49,193 bases of DNA from a virus (taxonomy: Duplodnaviria; Heunggongvirae; Uroviricota; Caudoviricetes), in IMG/VR virus record IMGVR_UViG_3300045988_148039. One strand, written 5' to 3'. Under the pieces are notes generated by a model, which saw nothing but the letters and a program-made list of their open reading frames with translations, had not been told where the DNA came from and ran no database searches. This document shows positions 47,213 through 49,193 of this stretch, piece by piece. The position numbers and the translations under genes were made by a program. How positions within the stretch are numbered: position 1 is the stretch's first letter; each line of letters begins with the position of its first letter.

Positions 47213-48256
47213 TTAAACCACCTTAGCCACCAGATAGGCGTCAGCTACACCAGGATTAGGCAGTGGAGATGACTTCATAGCAACATAACGGCCTCCCGCC
47301 TTACGAGATACCCAGGCGTCTGGAACTCGTGGTGACTCAACAATCGTCAGAGACTTTTCAACCTCATCTACAAGTTCTACAGCTCCATACAGCATCGTTC
47401 CCCGCCCCGGAGAGCCAAGGAGAATCTTATCCTCCGGCACTAATGGTTCTGGCTTTCCTGTTTTATCACTGAGAATAAGCTCGTCGTAACCATAAAAATC
47501 GAGTCCCTCAACATTACCATAATGAGTTACGCCTTCTTCTAAGTCCTCTGGCTTAATATACCCAAACTCTTTTCGGCGATTATCAAGATATTTAGTTACT
47601 GCTTCATTTTTAACGAATGCATCAACAACTTTTGCCCCCATTACGGCAACACGAGGAGTAAAACCTGAAGTTAGTGATACACGACGTTTCCAGTTGCGAA
47701 CATTGACCAACGGATCTGATTTTGCTGCACTCCATAAATCATCACCTGTCAGTTCAAGATATGGTTTATCTCCTTCCTCTTCAGGCCAAAAATAAACTGT
47801 GTTATCCACTCCTTCACCAACAATATCAACCTGCCCCGTAAACAAGACTTGTGCACACATCCATTCTTCACGGCGGTTAACCATTTCATCAAGCTCAAGC
47901 AAATCTTTACCTAATTGCTCGGCGGCTCGTTCTGCTGGCGATTTTGCGTTGTAAATATTCTCACCCGGAAGCCTGTTTAAAAGCAGCTCTGCTGTTGTTA
48001 CCAAATCAGGTGCAACAAGTGGTGGCTCCAGAGTTCTCGTTACAAAGCCGCGTCGCTCAACGGTTTTTGAGCCAAAACCTTTACCAACAAACGGAGCCAT
48101 AGTACGGCCACCGCGAACAAAATCCAGATCAACTTTCTTTGAATTAAAGGTCTGAACACCAGGAAAAAAAGTACGAAGAAGAAAACGACGAGCCTTGAAA
48201 TTCTGAATAACAGGCTCAAGCATTGTACGTCGTTCAAAAATATCAATATTCGGCAT
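47213..48256 (-). CDS. Major capsid protein (lambda gpE-like)
   Basis: 347 aa; N-terminal ...RFLLRTFFPG... parallels lambda E ...LFLRLFF...; follows the decoration-like gene. Confidence 0.75.
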   Translation of the reverse strand: MPNIDIFERRTMLEPVIQNFKARRFLLRTFFPGVQTFNSKKVDLDFVRGGRTMAPFVGKGFGSKTVERRGFVTRTLEPPLVAPDLVTTAELLLNRLPGENIYNAKSPAERAAEQLGKDLLELDEMVNRREEWMCAQVLFTGQVDIVGEGVDNTVYFWPEEEGDKPYLELTGDDLWSAAKSDPLVNVRNWKRRVSLTSGFTPRVAVMGAKVVDAFVKNEAVTKYLDNRRKEFGYIKPEDLEEGVTHYGNVEGLDFYGYDELILSDKTGKPEPLVPEDKILLGSPGRGTMLYGAVELVDEVEKSLTIVESPRVPDAWVSRKAGGRYVAMKSSPLPNPGVADAYLVAKVV

Positions 48257-48276
48257 AAAAATACGACCTCTTTATA

Positions 48277-48660
48277 TTATGCAGATGGATTTTGTTGTGC
48301 GGTATTAAGGAATATTCCAACCTTCCGGCAAGCCAGATATACATCGGCAACCTTTGCTGATTCAGGAAGGATAACCGCACGTGCATTGAACATTCCGGTC
48401 AACCATGCTGTTCCTACTTGCGCTGAATCAGTCGCATCAATACTGTGTTGAGCAATACAATACGGTTCTTTTGCCACTCCCTCTCCAGAGAGATTTATCG
48501 GAGCCACAGTGACAACATTTGTTGTCTGATCAATACTGACAAAAGCAAGTAACTCACCTCGTTTTACTTTACCGCTGGCAAGTTTAATACTTGTTGAAAT
48601 TGCTGGCATACCACCAGAAATAATCAGATTATCTGGTTCAAATGAAAAAGACTCTCGCAT
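48277..48660 (-). CDS. Head decoration protein (gpD-like)
   Basis: 127-aa ORF between protease/scaffold and major capsid genes. Confidence 0.55.
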   Translation of the reverse strand: MRESFSFEPDNLIISGGMPAISTSIKLASGKVKRGELLAFVSIDQTTNVVTVAPINLSGEGVAKEPYCIAQHSIDATDSAQVGTAWLTGMFNARAVILPESAKVADVYLACRKVGIFLNTAQQNPSA

Positions 48661-48669
48661 AAACTCACC

Positions 48670-49193
48670 TTAATTTTTATCGCGGTTTTTAAATACTGAT
48701 CCAATAACATTTTTTACTGCTTCAGCTTGTTTATCGCCGTTGTTTTCTGGTTGATTAACATCAACTGAATCATTCACCTCATTTGCGTCTTCTTGACGTT
48801 GATTAAGAAAGTTTTTGTTACGCGCTCGCTCTGCATTCATAATTTCCAAAGCAAGTTCAGCAGCAGAAACACCCGTTTTGAATTTTGCATTCTTAACTAG
48901 GTCGTCATGACCTGGAATCACGCTATTCTCGATTGTCTCAATGCGCTCGCGCTCTGATTTAACGCCCTCGTCTTTACCAGCATTAAAAACCTGATTGTAT
49001 AATTCTGGATGTTTATTCTTTAATTCATCAAGAGTCACAACATCGTCCTCATTTTGTTCATTTAATTCAGTAGATAATTCATTTTTATTTTGTGGCAACT
49101 TTGCGAGCGAATCAGGTAATTTTGAAAACCTTGATGCTTCAAAAGTTATTCCATTGAGCGAAAGCATCCCTTCCTTTATGGAAGCAGATAGCC
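48670..49193 (-). CDS. Head protease/scaffold, C-terminal part of the junction-spanning gene
   Basis: Same frame as the 1..618 fragment through the 77-bp duplication; charged C-terminal half typical of a scaffold region. Confidence 0.65.
   Translation of the reverse strand, partial: LSASIKEGMLSLNGITFEASRFSKLPDSLAKLPQNKNELSTELNEQNEDDVVTLDELKNKHPELYNQVFNAGKDEGVKSERERIETIENSVIPGHDDLVKNAKFKTGVSAAELALEIMNAERARNKNFLNQRQEDANEVNDSVDVNQPENNGDKQAEAVKNVIGSVFKNRDKN
49117..49193. repeat. Terminal direct duplication (copy of 1..77)
   Basis: Exact identity with the window start. Confidence 0.9.

Noticed and set aside
1-49193. Integrase and attP site
   Set aside because: No ORF with recognisable tyrosine or large serine integrase features; the only serine recombinase is a small Gin-type invertase paired with the fiber inversion sites.

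Overview
The window appears to be a complete circular genome of about 49.1 kb: bases 1..77 are identical to 49117..49193, so the two ends are an assembly overlap. It reads as a temperate phage that is maintained as a plasmid (phage-plasmid). The minus strand carries a lambda-type head module (small and large terminase, gpW-like, portal, ClpP-like protease/scaffold spanning the junction, decoration and major capsid proteins) followed by a P2/Mu-type contractile tail module (sheath, tube, frameshifted chaperone, tape measure, X/D/V/W/J/I-like baseplate proteins, tail fiber). The fiber locus ends in a Mu G-segment-like invertible cassette (two alternative fiber C-termini, two chaperones, ~25-bp inverted crossover sites) with an adjacent Gin/Hin-family invertase. 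Maintenance functions are an IncFII-type RepA initiator, a ParA-type ATPase with a ribbon-helix-helix partner, and a HigB/HigA-like toxin-antitoxin pair; no integrase was found. Also present are a lysis cassette, one tRNA (CAT anticodon), two DNA methyltransferases, a cI-like repressor with a divergent Cro-like gene, and an antirepressor preceded by a candidate small antisense RNA. The most unusual signal is a ~105-bp near-identical promoter/leader cassette present three times in front of unrelated genes, with its AT-rich palindromic motif also dispersed at other intergenic sites. All calls rest on reading the sequence and the supplied ORF translations; no database search was run.
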